24,547 bases of DNA, taken from a virus. Each line of letters starts with the position of its first letter. The first letter of the stretch is position 1. The position numbers were made by a program, and so were the translations under genes. This document shows, piece by piece, positions 8,699-17,196 of the stretch. The stretch covers positions 11,099 through 35,645 of the IMG/VR virus record IMGVR_UViG_3300029573_000021; one strand, given 5' to 3'. Below the pieces are notes generated by a model that worked only from the letters and a program-made list of their open reading frames with translations, was not told the origin of the DNA and ran no database searches.

Positions 8699-9098
8699 GG
8701 TTTTGCTCTGTGAAATATTTAAAAAATGCCACGGCGGCGGGGTCCGTGATGATGAATTCCGGGTAGTCCGCAGACGTGAATGTCCGGCGCCCACCATCCG
8801 CATTGACGGCCTCAACCGTAAGGATCACCGCCTCTGTGGACTGGTAATTGTCTGCATCTCCAGTCGGCGCCTGGAATACCCAGTTGCACCGCACCCAAAC
8901 CTGCACCGCTTGCCAGTCCTCGTCCATGCCGGCGATCGCGGCCGCCGCTGCTTTCAAGGCCGGGGCTTGGTCGGCGGGTATATCCGCTTGTGTATAGCAG
9001 AGGGAGAGTACAAAGCCGTTATTGTCTGGAAATCTGGCGGTCATAACAAATTCGTTCCACTGTCCGGGCTTAGGGAACTGTAAATGTATCTCTTGCAT
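8691..9098 (-). CDS. hypothetical structural-module protein (135 aa)
   Basis: ATG start 5 nt after the fibre gene stop. Spacing is tight and codon usage matches the neighbours. I recognise no motif. Confidence 0.55.
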   Translation of the reverse strand: MQEIHLQFPKPGQWNEFVMTARFPDNNGFVLSLCYTQADIPADQAPALKAAAAAIAGMDEDWQAVQVWVRCNWVFQAPTGDADNYQSTEAVILTVEAVNADGGRRTFTSADYPEFIITDPAAVAFFKYFTEQNHE

Positions 9099-9102
9099 GG
9101 TG

Positions 9103-10776
9103 TTATTGCGCTAATTGGTTGATTTCTACAACGGCGGCCTCGGCGTAATGGTGGCCGACAAACGCCCACACCTGCCGCGGTTGTCCAGTCGTGTTTGCCG
9201 CCAGCGTCAGGACAACCTGGCCGCCGCCGGACCCTATTTCTTCAGAGGATTGCGTGCACCACACAGCGGCGGGGTCATGTCCGCACATGGTATCGTTCAG
9301 CACATAGATAGCCTCGGAGAGGGTGGAAGACGCCGTCAATGTCACCTCGCCGCCAGAGGCCGGAACTTCCTGAGCAGAAGCCGTTACTTCTGGAACTGGT
9401 TTAGGTGTCACGCCCTCCATTACCGTGTCCTTCATGAGGACCCAGGAGTTGGTTATGCCCAGTGAGGGTGCATTGTCTATCCTCATTCCTCCCATCCGGA
9501 GGCCCGCCTGATAAGTCCCGCTGACTTCGTGCGCCTTGAATTTGGTTGTAAGGCATGCTGTGTTGCCGGAGCCCCAAAAGGAGGAAGCCATATCCATTAC
9601 ATATTGCTTGTCCACAAACAAAGCCCAGCGATTGTAAATCTCCTGGTCATCGGGGTTGGGTGGCGTCATGGTTAATACCATATCGCACAAGTCGTTATTA
9701 AATACTCCCTTCTTCAGGGAGGCGTTAGCGGTAGCAATTGCGTAGCTTGTGTTCAACGACTGGGCTTCCACCAAGGCGGTCACCCATGACGGAATGACGG
9801 ATTCCAGAAAATAGTTGGTGCGGCTCCATTGGCCGGCAGCCGTCATGGTTATCATTCCCTCATAGGAAATGGCATTCTGCCCTGTGGCGGGCAGCGGCAC
9901 ACGGACTCCTTCGATTGCGGTGATCGTGGCGTCGTAGGTCTGCGGCTGCGTCCAGTTATAAGACCCGTCCGGATTAACATCCCCGGTATCTCCTTTCTCG
10001 CCACGGGGTCCTTGGGGACCCTCCGGCCCCTCGGGGCCTTGCGGGCCGGCAGGACCCTGCGGTCCGGTTTCTCCAATGTCGCCTCTTGGTCCCTGTTCTC
10101 CGGTCGCTCCCTGAGGACCTTGAGGTCCTGCGTCGCCCCTGGGACCCTGAGGGCCTTCGGGGCCGGTTTCGCCCGGTTCCCCCTGCGGGCCTGGTGGGCC
10201 TTCGGGACCGGCGTCTCCTTTGGGGATGGTAAACGACAACAGATAAGAGCCCGCTTCCGAGCCTTTCACGGCTTCCGCTGCGGCAGGAGTGCCAGGCTCG
10301 CCGGTAGTGACCCGGTCCACCGAAAGATTGAAATTCTCGGCGTACTTCTTGGCCTGCTCCGCGTACCAGGCGGCGCTTGACGCATTATCAAGCACCACCT
10401 GCACGCAGCCGCTTCCTTCCGGCAGCTGCACGACGACCGCGCCCGCCACGGCCTGCTGTTCGTCCGGCAAGTCAGGCGTTACACGGCCCGCAGAAACAAA
10501 GCATCCGTAGAGCAGCGGTCTTTCCTCGTTTCCGTCGTCCATGAAGACGTCGTAGGACCACCTGCCCGCAGGCACCGAAGCCCAGGAAAGCACGCCGTTA
10601 CCCTCATCGTCGCGGGAAAAGCCGAACTCGGCGACGCCTGTCTTGAGACGGACAGCGCCGCGGAGGGTGACGCCGCTCATGTCGACGGGATCCCCCTGAA
10701 AATCTACCACACGGACGACCAGCGACTGGTTCAGCCCCGTGACGGTCCGGATATCGTATTTGCCTGCCTGCTGCCT
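9103..10776 (-). CDS. collagen-like repeat fibre protein with BACON-like C-terminal domain (557 aa from AGG 10776; ORF track gives GTG 10710)
   Basis: There are 26 uninterrupted Gly-X-Y triplets ([13 protein letters not shown]...GEKGDTG, nt 9985-10218). The C-terminus VTLTASS...[20 protein letters not shown] is BACON-like. The frame is open up to the TGA of the upstream gene, with AGG as the 17th codon and no ATG, GTG or TTG before 10710. Confidence 0.7.
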   Translation of the reverse strand, partial: RQQAGKYDIRTVTGLNQSLVVRVVDFQGDPVDMSGVTLRGAVRLKTGVAEFGFSRDDEGNGVLSWASVPAGRWSYDVFMDDGNEERPLLYGCFVSAGRVTPDLPDEQQAVAGAVVVQLPEGSGCVQVVLDNASSAAWYAEQAKKYAENFNLSVDRVTTGEPGTPAAAEAVKGSEAGSYLLSFTIPKGDAGPEGPPGPQGEPGETGPEGPQGPRGDAGPQGPQGATGEQGPRGDIGETGPQGPAGPQGPEGPEGPQGPRGEKGDTGDVNPDGSYNWTQPQTYDATITAIEGVRVPLPATGQNAISYEGMITMTAAGQWSRTNYFLESVIPSWVTALVEAQSLNTSYAIATANASLKKGVFNNDLCDMVLTMTPPNPDDQEIYNRWALFVDKQYVMDMASSFWGSGNTACLTTKFKAHEVSGTYQAGLRMGGMRIDNAPSLGITNSWVLMKDTVMEGVTPKPVPEVTASAQEVPASGGEVTLTASSTLSEAIYVLNDTMCGHDPAAVWCTQSSEEIGSGGGQVVLTLAANTTGQPRQVWAFVGHHYAEAAVVEINQLAQ

Positions 10777-10793
10777 GGGAAAAAAGAGGATGC

Positions 10794-10812
10794 GGGGGCG
10801 CAGCGCGCCCCC
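10794..10812 (-). terminator. GC-rich stem-loop (8-bp stem GGGGGCGC/GCGCCCCC, 3-nt loop) followed on the minus strand by GCATCCTCTTTTTT; possible attenuator or weak terminator
   Basis: The inverted repeat is read directly. The T-run starts 8 nt after the stem, so this is not a textbook intrinsic terminator. It lies between the stop at 10825 and the AGG at 10776. Confidence 0.35.
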
Positions 10813-10824
10813 TGGTGAAACGCG

Positions 10825-11475
10825 TCAGGAACCCGGCGCCGGCGTCACGTCCTGCACATTGGAGGGCGTGAACTGGTACTTGCCGCGATAATCCATTTCG
10901 AACTCGAACTGGGGTGAAGCAATCGCCGTGGTGTGTTCGGGATCCTGCAGGAGGCGCAAGGCGCCATGCGCCGTTCCGACCAGATAGATAGTACCCACGT
11001 CGTTCTGATACCAGAAGTGAAGATACCCCTCAATCTTATTGTCGCCGCCATGTCCGACGGTGGTCGATTCCTCGCCGTTGGCGGGAGGCGCTCCCAAGGC
11101 GAAAGAAAGCTGGAACCATTCGGGGGACATGTCCGGCGTGGTGAAGGTCATCCGCTTGCCGGTCGTGGTGTTCTTGCGCTGCTGGCGATATCCCAGCGCA
11201 CCGCCGTAAAAGCGCGTCACATCCCCTTCGACCTGGGTGGCGACGGACTGGAACGCTCCCAGCAGCCCGAAGCTCACCCAGGGCTGTTCAGGCCCGGCGG
11301 TCGGATCCGTTGGCGGAGACGTCGGAGGCGTCGGAAACTGGTCCGGCCCGGTGACGTAAGAAGCTCCCTCGTCTTCGGTCACCTTGATGCCGTCGGGGAG
11401 GAAAATAGCCAGAACGCCGGTAATCTGCGGCGTGACGTTGCGGTTCGTGAATGTGGGATCGTATGTAGTTGCCCT
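10825..11475 (-). CDS. structural protein with Pro/Thr-rich linker (216 aa from AGG 11475; ORF track gives GTG 11382)
   Basis: The 31 codons upstream of the GTG read ATTYDPTFTNRNVTPQITGVLAIFLPDGIK, which looks like coding sequence. They contain no ATG, GTG or TTG. The AGG lies 15 nt after the upstream stop at 11490. Confidence 0.6.
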   Translation of the reverse strand, partial: RATTYDPTFTNRNVTPQITGVLAIFLPDGIKVTEDEGASYVTGPDQFPTPPTSPPTDPTAGPEQPWVSFGLLGAFQSVATQVEGDVTRFYGGALGYRQQRKNTTTGKRMTFTTPDMSPEWFQLSFALGAPPANGEESTTVGHGGDNKIEGYLHFWYQNDVGTIYLVGTAHGALRLLQDPEHTTAIASPQFEFEMDYRGKYQFTPSNVQDVTPAPGS

Positions 11476-11489
11476 GGTGCTTGAAACGG

Positions 11490-11687
11490 TTAGTAGATGA
11501 TTGTTGCCTTGCCGTCGGCTTCCAGCTTATCGGCGAGTTCTTTCGTAACACGAATATGCGCTCCTTTCAAGAACGTTGAGCGCCCTATCCTCACTTCTTT
11601 GGACAGAATGAGGATGTTCGTGTTGATGACGGCGGCCTGCTCCGTCTTCTTCTCCGGTTCGGTGTTGGCTGCAGCTGCTTTGCTCAT
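11490..11687 (-). CDS. small hypothetical virion-module protein (65 aa)
   Basis: The ATG overlaps the upstream stop (ATGA), which suggests translational coupling within the late operon. Confidence 0.5.
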   Translation of the reverse strand: MSKAAAANTEPEKKTEQAAVINTNILILSKEVRIGRSTFLKGAHIRVTKELADKLEADGKATIIY

Positions 11688-11881
11688 TTGATGTCAACAA
11701 GGTTGAGGGTTGCCAGAGCTTCCGCGATGGTCGCGGGAAGTTCCGGGGTGTCGGTTTTCATGAAGAGGCTGATGACCAGCCCTCCATCCAGTTCTGTTTT
11801 CGTGCTGACGACGCGGACGGTCACCTTGTCCTGGTGATCCCCCTGGTCTTTTTGCTGTTTATTTTTTGGCGTTCTGCTCAT
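11684..11881 (-). CDS. small hypothetical virion-module protein (65 aa)
   Basis: ATG start overlapping the 3' end of the upstream gene by 23 nt. Same strand and operon as its neighbours. Confidence 0.5.
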   Translation of the reverse strand: MSRTPKNKQQKDQGDHQDKVTVRVVSTKTELDGGLVISLFMKTDTPELPATIAEALATLNLVDIK

Positions 11882-12389
11882 GGAATTCCGTTTTGGTTCG
11901 TATGTTGATATTGATCGGGACGCGGTAGTCCACGGTCAAGACGTTCATTTGCCTCTTCTCTCCGTCGATAATCCCGGAAGAGGCAAAGCGCCCCTTGATC
12001 TTGGGCTTCATCATGGCGGGCGCGGGAAACGGAAGTGGATTCCAGTTCCACAGGGCATGCTCAATCACGTCGCCCACGGCGCGCAAATAGTAGGCCGGCG
12101 TCAGGCATTCCTCCGGGAACAGGGCAGCGTTGTGATAGATGGCTACAATAATGAAATACTGCCTCCACATGGTAGGTTCCGCCGTCTGCCCGTGTCCGTC
12201 CTGGTATTCATCCGCATCCCCGGGACACACCAGCACCACGCCGTTATTCCCCATTGCAGACATGATGATGTCATTGGCGGCATACTCCGGATCAAAGGGC
12301 GCGTCAAAGATGTGGCAGCTCAATTCCTTGCTGCTTTTGAGCCGCTCAATGATGCGGCAGCTCATGGTCTGGTCAATGGAGGGGATCAT
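11859..12389 (-). CDS. head-tail joining or tail-terminator-like protein (176 aa)
   Basis: I chose the ATG at 12389, which overlaps the upstream TGA (ATGA), over the longer ORF-track start. The functional call is positional only. Confidence 0.5.
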   Translation of the reverse strand: MIPSIDQTMSCRIIERLKSSKELSCHIFDAPFDPEYAANDIIMSAMGNNGVVLVCPGDADEYQDGHGQTAEPTMWRQYFIIVAIYHNAALFPEECLTPAYYLRAVGDVIEHALWNWNPLPFPAPAMMKPKIKGRFASSGIIDGEKRQMNVLTVDYRVPININIRTKTEFHEQNAKK

Positions 12390-13051
12390 GATTCGTTTCC
12401 GATTTGGGTGAGGTATGTTTCCGCGGCGCGCTGCGCCATTTGGTCCATCGTCGGCAGGATGCCAGGAGTAGGAGCAATCGTTACTTCCCGGCACAGGATA
12501 TAGAGGACGTCTCCTGTTTTCGTTCCTTTGCTGAAAAGCTTGCGGGCCGCTTTCTTCCCGGTGGAGGACTGGGCTGTCTTGAGAATCAGGACACCGGTTA
12601 CATTTCCATTCCGTCCTCCATTTTTGGAGGGGATGAATTGCAAGTCCTCTTTGCGGAAGCCTGCGCTGTAAATGCTTCGGGTCCCTCCATGCCCTCGTGG
12701 CGCGTTGATGGTGGGGATGGCGAGGTTCTGAATCGGCTTGCCGGTGACTTCCGAAGTGCGTCCGGTGGGCCGCAGCGGGCCGCCCAGGTAGCCCTGCGTG
12801 CCTATCCAGTGCAGGCCGATGCCGCGCCAGGCAATGGAGACGCTGACGCCTTCGGCGGTTTCTTCCATGCTGGTGGCGTCCGCCGCGGCGTCGTAGTAGT
12901 CCTTGCCCTGCTGGCGCAAGGTTTGCTGAATCATCAGACTGAGGGCAACGCCCGCCTTGCGGATGGCGGTCTTGTGCAGGGCGGCGGACGGCGCCATGTC
13001 GGCAAACGCGCGGTTAATCGCGGATTGGTCGATGTGGACGGTTACAGCCAT
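12386..13051 (-). CDS. virion morphogenesis or neck protein (221 aa)
   Basis: I chose the ATG at 13051, which overlaps the upstream TAA (ATGGCTGTAA). The Arg-rich N-terminal extension in the ORF track overlaps the upstream gene and looks non-coding. The functional call is positional only. Confidence 0.5.
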   Translation of the reverse strand: MAVTVHIDQSAINRAFADMAPSAALHKTAIRKAGVALSLMIQQTLRQQGKDYYDAAADATSMEETAEGVSVSIAWRGIGLHWIGTQGYLGGPLRPTGRTSEVTGKPIQNLAIPTINAPRGHGGTRSIYSAGFRKEDLQFIPSKNGGRNGNVTGVLILKTAQSSTGKKAARKLFSKGTKTGDVLYILCREVTIAPTPGILPTMDQMAQRAAETYLTQIGNES

Positions 13052-14178
13052 TTGACGGGCAAAACGTAAGGGGTTGGCAGTTCCACGCGGATAGCTCCGG
13101 CGACGTCTTCCACTTTTTTGACGTGCCCGGAGGTAATGGGATAGGTGAATTCCCCCTCTTCCTTTGGGGAAACGGGGATATACTGGCGGGAGGACGCGGC
13201 GGCCACGTCTGCGGGCCGGGCGTACCAATCACCTTCCGGCTCGGAGAACAGGCGGTCCAGCAGGCGGTCCAGGTAGAGGGATGCCAGCGTTCCGGCCACC
13301 GCTCCCCCGGCTGCCGCCAGGCGGAAGGCATGGGCCTGGCGCAAGGGGATCTCTTCCGGGAAATCCCCGGACAGGAGTTCCGCCAGTTCCGCGTCCGTGT
13401 AAGGCCGCGTGCCGTTCGGATCGGTATAGACAAAGGTGGTATTGCCGTCGTTTTCGTTGTTGACGCGCAGGGCGTCTTTCAGGATGCCGCGGATCTTCTT
13501 CTTGTTGGCTTCCGTCACACCCTGGGCATTGCTTTCCAGCGTGGCGTTGAAGCTGGCCGGAGCGGGACGGACGCGGGAAACGTCCAGCCCGGCAGCGCGG
13601 GCTTCTTCGGCTCCGATGGGAGCAATGTTCATTCCGGACAGGTAGTCAAAGGGAGGGTAAGGCGTGCCGAACCGCGACAGACGGATCCAGATATCGGAGG
13701 ACGCCAGGGCATAGCCGACGGTCTCGCCCCGGATGAATCCGGAGGATACCGCTTCCGTGGCTTCTTCTTCCAGCCCGGCCCGGGCACGGTTCCAGCGTTC
13801 GGCCCAATAGCGCGGGTCTTCCCGCCCCTGGGAGCGGTAAAATTTGAAGGCGGCCGTGTCTTCGTCCTGCATCCAGTTATACCAGTTCCGGTAACCGTGC
13901 GCCATGGCCGCATTGGTTTCCATGACGACCTGGATGCGGAGCCAGGATGACAAATCCTGAATGCCGCCCTGCCCCGTTGCCGGCGGTCGGTAGCCCTGCT
14001 GGCGCAGGGTTTCGCGGATGGACTGCTGCGCCTCTTCATAGCTCAGGGCGCCGGAGGCGACCTTCCCCGCCTTTCCCTCAAAGTCGGACAGGATAACGCC
14101 GGGCTCCACGCCGGACACGAAAAAGGCGCGTTCGGCGTAGTCGTTGGCGATCATCTCCATCTGGGCGGCGGTCATCAT
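13042..14178 (-). CDS. minor head protein, Mu F / SPP1 gp7-like (378 aa)
   Basis: I chose the ATGATG at 14178, which overlaps the upstream TGA. The segment RIQVVMETNAAMAHGYRNW resembles the conserved MuF core (r.e.i.rTE...a.n.G). The upstream 73 aa of the ORF-track model overlap the neighbouring gene. Confidence 0.5.
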   Translation of the reverse strand: MMTAAQMEMIANDYAERAFFVSGVEPGVILSDFEGKAGKVASGALSYEEAQQSIRETLRQQGYRPPATGQGGIQDLSSWLRIQVVMETNAAMAHGYRNWYNWMQDEDTAAFKFYRSQGREDPRYWAERWNRARAGLEEEATEAVSSGFIRGETVGYALASSDIWIRLSRFGTPYPPFDYLSGMNIAPIGAEEARAAGLDVSRVRPAPASFNATLESNAQGVTEANKKKIRGILKDALRVNNENDGNTTFVYTDPNGTRPYTDAELAELLSGDFPEEIPLRQAHAFRLAAAGGAVAGTLASLYLDRLLDRLFSEPEGDWYARPADVAAASSRQYIPVSPKEEGEFTYPITSGHVKKVEDVAGAIRVELPTPYVLPVKWL

Positions 14179-14651
14179 CGGTAGGTGCTTCGCATGGGGT
14201 TGAACCAGGGGCGGCGCGTGTAGCGCGGCATCATGTAGGCGGGATCCGCGGGCGCGGAGCCGTCCACGCTTTCCGGCAGCATGTCCCCTTTGGCGTAGAG
14301 CGCCAGCATCGCGTCCGCCGATTCGGCGGCCTTCTGGCGCGTCTCGGTCAGGTTGAGCTGGTAGCGCAGGTAGAGCTGCCGGATGATCAGCGGCCATGCC
14401 AGGGACCGCATGCTTTGCGGAATGTCGTACATGCCGCTGTTCTGGAGCGATTGCCGCAGGGCGAGGTTGTTGGCCAGCGCCCCGCGGATGGTCATGCAGA
14501 CATCGTTGACCGCCTCCATCATGACATCCCGGTAGTCCAGGCTGCGCTGTTCCCCGGCTTTCACCAGGGCGTCGCGCTCCGCAGTGTTGAGGCCGAGGAG
14601 TCGGTCGGCTTCATCCGTAGTGATGGTGGACCAGGCGGGAAAGGCGGACAT
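14175..14651 (-). CDS. head-tail connector protein, Mu gp36 / DUF1320-like (158 aa)
   Basis: ATG start 21 nt after the capsid gene stop. Its size and its position directly after the major capsid gene fit this assignment. Similarity is judged by eye only. Confidence 0.5.
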   Translation of the reverse strand: MSAFPAWSTITTDEADRLLGLNTAERDALVKAGEQRSLDYRDVMMEAVNDVCMTIRGALANNLALRQSLQNSGMYDIPQSMRSLAWPLIIRQLYLRYQLNLTETRQKAAESADAMLALYAKGDMLPESVDGSAPADPAYMMPRYTRRPWFNPMRSTYR

Positions 14652-14672
14652 GATGGAGGCGGGTTGGGTGGG

Positions 14673-15596
14673 TTAAGCCGTGGCCGTCGCGTCGATGCGG
14701 ACGATGGCGCTGGGGTTCGTCAGCTTGGTCAGCGAGTAGACGCGGTTGGTTACCAGCGTCAAAGCGGGCGTCGGCTTGTATTCAGTGATGACTTCTCGGC
14801 GAAGCTTGCCGGAAAGACCGAAGGTCTTGACGGCGGAGGCGTCGAACTGCGTCGGGGAGTCTTCCTTGTACAGGACATAGACTTCGTTTTCCATGATGGT
14901 TTTCGCGTCGCCGGAAGCGTCGCGGTACGGCATGGAGGCGATGTAAATATCCCGGATGGGCCGGATCAGAGCCATGCGAAGAAGGTCTTCGTTGAACAGG
15001 CCGACGCTGTTGAAGGAAACCACCTGACGCGCGAGCGTGTTGGAGCGAAGCAGCTGCCATGCGTTGATGCCGAAGACAATCGTGTTCGGCATGTGTCCGG
15101 TTGCGGCGTTGATGGACAGGATCGCCTGGTCCAGATCCGCCAACGGGTTTTTCTGCTGGTTGGCCCAGTCACCCATCCCGGAAGCGGCCGGAAGCTGGCT
15201 CATCAGAAGCTTGGCGCGTTCGTATTCGTACGACGTCACAAACTGGGATTCGATGAGTTTGTATTCCGCCAGGGTGATGGCCTGCGCCTTTTCCCGGTTG
15301 ACGCCCAGCAAGGCGTCAGGGATGGGCAGCGTCAAGCCGTAGCCCTGAAGGGTGTCGGTTTCGTTTCTTCCGCGCAGGACGGTCTGGCGGGGAGGTTCGC
15401 CCGGTCCCACCTGGATGGGCTGGACGGTGAAGGCCGATTCCGTGTCCCAGACCTTGTACTGGAAATTCAGGTCATAGACCGGGACGATCGGAGCGATGCG
15501 GCTGATGATGGAGTTCTCTTCGGTGTTCCCGGACCCCGCGGAATAGGAGGTCAGGACATCGGTGAACTGAACGGCGGAGCAAAATGGAGTAGCCCT
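14673..15596 (-). CDS. major capsid protein, HK97 fold (lambda gpE / Mu gpT-like), 307 aa from AGG 15596 (ORF track gives GTG 15410)
   Basis: It follows the protease/scaffold and decoration genes. The 62 codons upstream of GTG 15410 read ATPFCSAVQFTDVLTSYSAGSGNTEENSIISRIAPIVPVYDLNFQYKVWDTESAFTVQPIQ with no ATG, GTG or TTG. AGG is the 10th codon after the in-frame TAA at 15626-15624. Confidence 0.75.
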   Translation of the reverse strand, partial: RATPFCSAVQFTDVLTSYSAGSGNTEENSIISRIAPIVPVYDLNFQYKVWDTESAFTVQPIQVGPGEPPRQTVLRGRNETDTLQGYGLTLPIPDALLGVNREKAQAITLAEYKLIESQFVTSYEYERAKLLMSQLPAASGMGDWANQQKNPLADLDQAILSINAATGHMPNTIVFGINAWQLLRSNTLARQVVSFNSVGLFNEDLLRMALIRPIRDIYIASMPYRDASGDAKTIMENEVYVLYKEDSPTQFDASAVKTFGLSGKLRREVITEYKPTPALTLVTNRVYSLTKLTNPSAIVRIDATATA

Positions 15597-15630
15597 TGTT
15601 CTTGGTCTTTCTGTTGGTTGGGGTTAATAG

Positions 15631-16062
15631 TTAGGCTGCGGCGACCTGGTAGGACGGAACGAAGCCGATTTCCACAAGGCCCTGTTCCCACTGGGCATGA
15701 ATAACGCGGGCATAGACGGTGTCGCCGCTGGCGGCGGCCTTCCATGTCCCGTTGGCCGTGATGGTGACGGGCGTTCCGGCGTTGATGGTTCCGGGCGTGT
15801 CGGATAGAGCCGCCTTGATCAGGCCGGCATACATTCCGACGAGCGCGGCGACGCAGGTTCCCTTGTTGGGCTGTCCCTGCAGGACGACGCCGAGCAGCTG
15901 CGTCTGCGTGGGGATGGCGGACAACGGAGTTCCGACAAATTCGGGGATGTCAGGATTGGCGGTCAGCGCCACGACGGTTCCTTCCTGTCCGCACAGGTCA
16001 ACGCCTTCCGGGGCGTTGAAATAGACGATGGCGCTTTTCTGGGTTACATTGAGTGATGGCAT
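15631..16062 (-). CDS. head decoration / capsid cement-like protein (143 aa)
   Basis: ATG start. The protein is Gly/Val/Ala-rich and beta-type. It sits between the scaffold/protease and capsid genes, as lambda D does before E, and resembles DUF2190-type proteins. Confidence 0.55.
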   Translation of the reverse strand: MPSLNVTQKSAIVYFNAPEGVDLCGQEGTVVALTANPDIPEFVGTPLSAIPTQTQLLGVVLQGQPNKGTCVAALVGMYAGLIKAALSDTPGTINAGTPVTITANGTWKAAASGDTVYARVIHAQWEQGLVEIGFVPSYQVAAA

Positions 16063-16083
16063 TGGTTTGATCAGGTTGAATAA

Positions 16084-17196
16084 TTAACGTTGGGCGGAGA
16101 CGATGAAGCCCTCTTCGGTCGCCTTCTGGCAGGCGTCATAGCGCTTCATGCCGTCCTTGATGAGTTCGTTCACGCGGTTGTTGAATCCGTCAATGGATTC
16201 CTTCTTGCGGAATGGGTCAGGGGGATTCAGAGTCGCGCGGCGGTTCAGAGGCGTCCTTTGCGGAAGCTTCTTCTGCTCCGGCTGCTCCTGTTTCTGCGGG
16301 CCCGCCTGGCGGTTGAGCGCGCGGATAAAGGCGTTCAGCGCGGCGGGGCTTTCCCGGAGAGAGTTTTTCAGCTCTTCCCGGCGTTCTTCCGTGAATTCCT
16401 CGCGTTCTTCCTCGTCCAGCGCGTTTTCGTACGTGCTGACGGCGTCGTCCACTTCGGCGTTCACGTGGTCTTTCTCACGCTTTTCCAGCGAGAGCAGTTC
16501 ATCAAGTCGTCCGAGGATCGCCCTGCTCATGTCGTCGGTGCCGTCAAATTCGACATCCAGCTTGTCAAGCAGGGAATCGAACAGGGCCCGCTGGGCCTTG
16601 TCCATTTCCTTGGACGGATATTCTCTATCGTCGTTTTCCATATTGGTGTTCTGGGTTGTTTCCCCCTCTTCGGGGCTTTTGGGTTCGCCCCCGGCCTCGT
16701 CGGAGGCGGGGGAAGTCTGTCGGTTGACCAGAGGCCGCTTTCCCTTGATGCGCGGCCGGTTGGTCAGAGCGAAGCCGGTCAGACGCGACGGGCGGTAGAC
16801 GCCGTCCGTCAAAGTCATGCCTTCGCCATATTCGGTGGATGATTGCGTGTATTCCTTGTCCTGCAGCATCTTCAGGCCGCGCGGCGTCCATTCGATGAAC
16901 CCGTAGAGTTCCAGCGTGCCGGAAGGGTCGCGGTAGGTGTCCAGCCTCTTGAGCCATCCGAGGGCCCGAGTATCGCGGGAAAGGTCGTGGCTCAGGTGGT
17001 CGCCGTCGATGAGCATGCCCGGGCCGTCAAAGGTGCGGGCGTTGAAGTCGTCCACCATGTCCCGGATCGCCTGCTCGTCGATGCGCAACACGGCGGGACC
17101 CTCGCCGTAGTCAACGTCATGGTCTCCGCTTTTCTCAACGTGGAACCAGCCGTTGGCGGGTCGGGACAGGTCATTGATTTGTTTCGTGCTGATCAT
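16084..17196 (-). CDS. prohead protease / scaffold fusion, Mu gpI-like (370 aa)
   Basis: ATG start. The N-terminus NGWFHVEKSGDH...IDGDH resembles Mu-like prophage protein I. The C-terminal half is acidic coiled coil and scaffold-like. Confidence 0.65.
   Translation of the reverse strand: MISTKQINDLSRPANGWFHVEKSGDHDVDYGEGPAVLRIDEQAIRDMVDDFNARTFDGPGMLIDGDHLSHDLSRDTRALGWLKRLDTYRDPSGTLELYGFIEWTPRGLKMLQDKEYTQSSTEYGEGMTLTDGVYRPSRLTGFALTNRPRIKGKRPLVNRQTSPASDEAGGEPKSPEEGETTQNTNMENDDREYPSKEMDKAQRALFDSLLDKLDVEFDGTDDMSRAILGRLDELLSLEKREKDHVNAEVDDAVSTYENALDEEEREEFTEERREELKNSLRESPAALNAFIRALNRQAGPQKQEQPEQKKLPQRTPLNRRATLNPPDPFRKKESIDGFNNRVNELIKDGMKRYDACQKATEEGFIVSAQR

Noticed and set aside
8699-8815. Longer ORF-track models with N-terminal extensions: 8375-8815, 11859-12494, 12386-13228, 13042-14397 and 22966-23754.
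   Set aside because: The extensions overlap the upstream gene in another frame and are Arg/Pro-rich. An internal ATG that overlaps or abuts the upstream stop gives a compact coupled operon.
9985-10218. The 9-nt periodicity of the collagen region as a tandem DNA repeat or CRISPR-like array.
   Set aside because: The periodicity is at the protein level (Gly-X-Y). The DNA units are not identical and there are no repeat-spacer units.
10777-10827. Programmed TGA read-through or stop-codon recoding that would fuse the 216-aa ORF to the collagen-like ORF. The GYF gene and the tail-tip gene are likewise in-frame across a TAG at 3197-3199.
   Set aside because: TGA, TAG and TAA all terminate well-delimited neighbouring genes, so global recoding is unlikely. 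An AGG start, as in five other genes, explains the open spacer more simply. Low-level read-through cannot be excluded.
14415-15704. Long plus-strand ORFs antisense to the structural genes: 14415-15704 (429 aa), 16090-16842, 13123-13950, 6950-7816, 18767-19489, 1706-2413 and others.
   Set aside because: Their products are Arg/Gly/Pro/Val-rich and low in complexity. They fully overlap recognisable phage genes on the other strand. They are typical shadow ORFs of GC-rich coding DNA.
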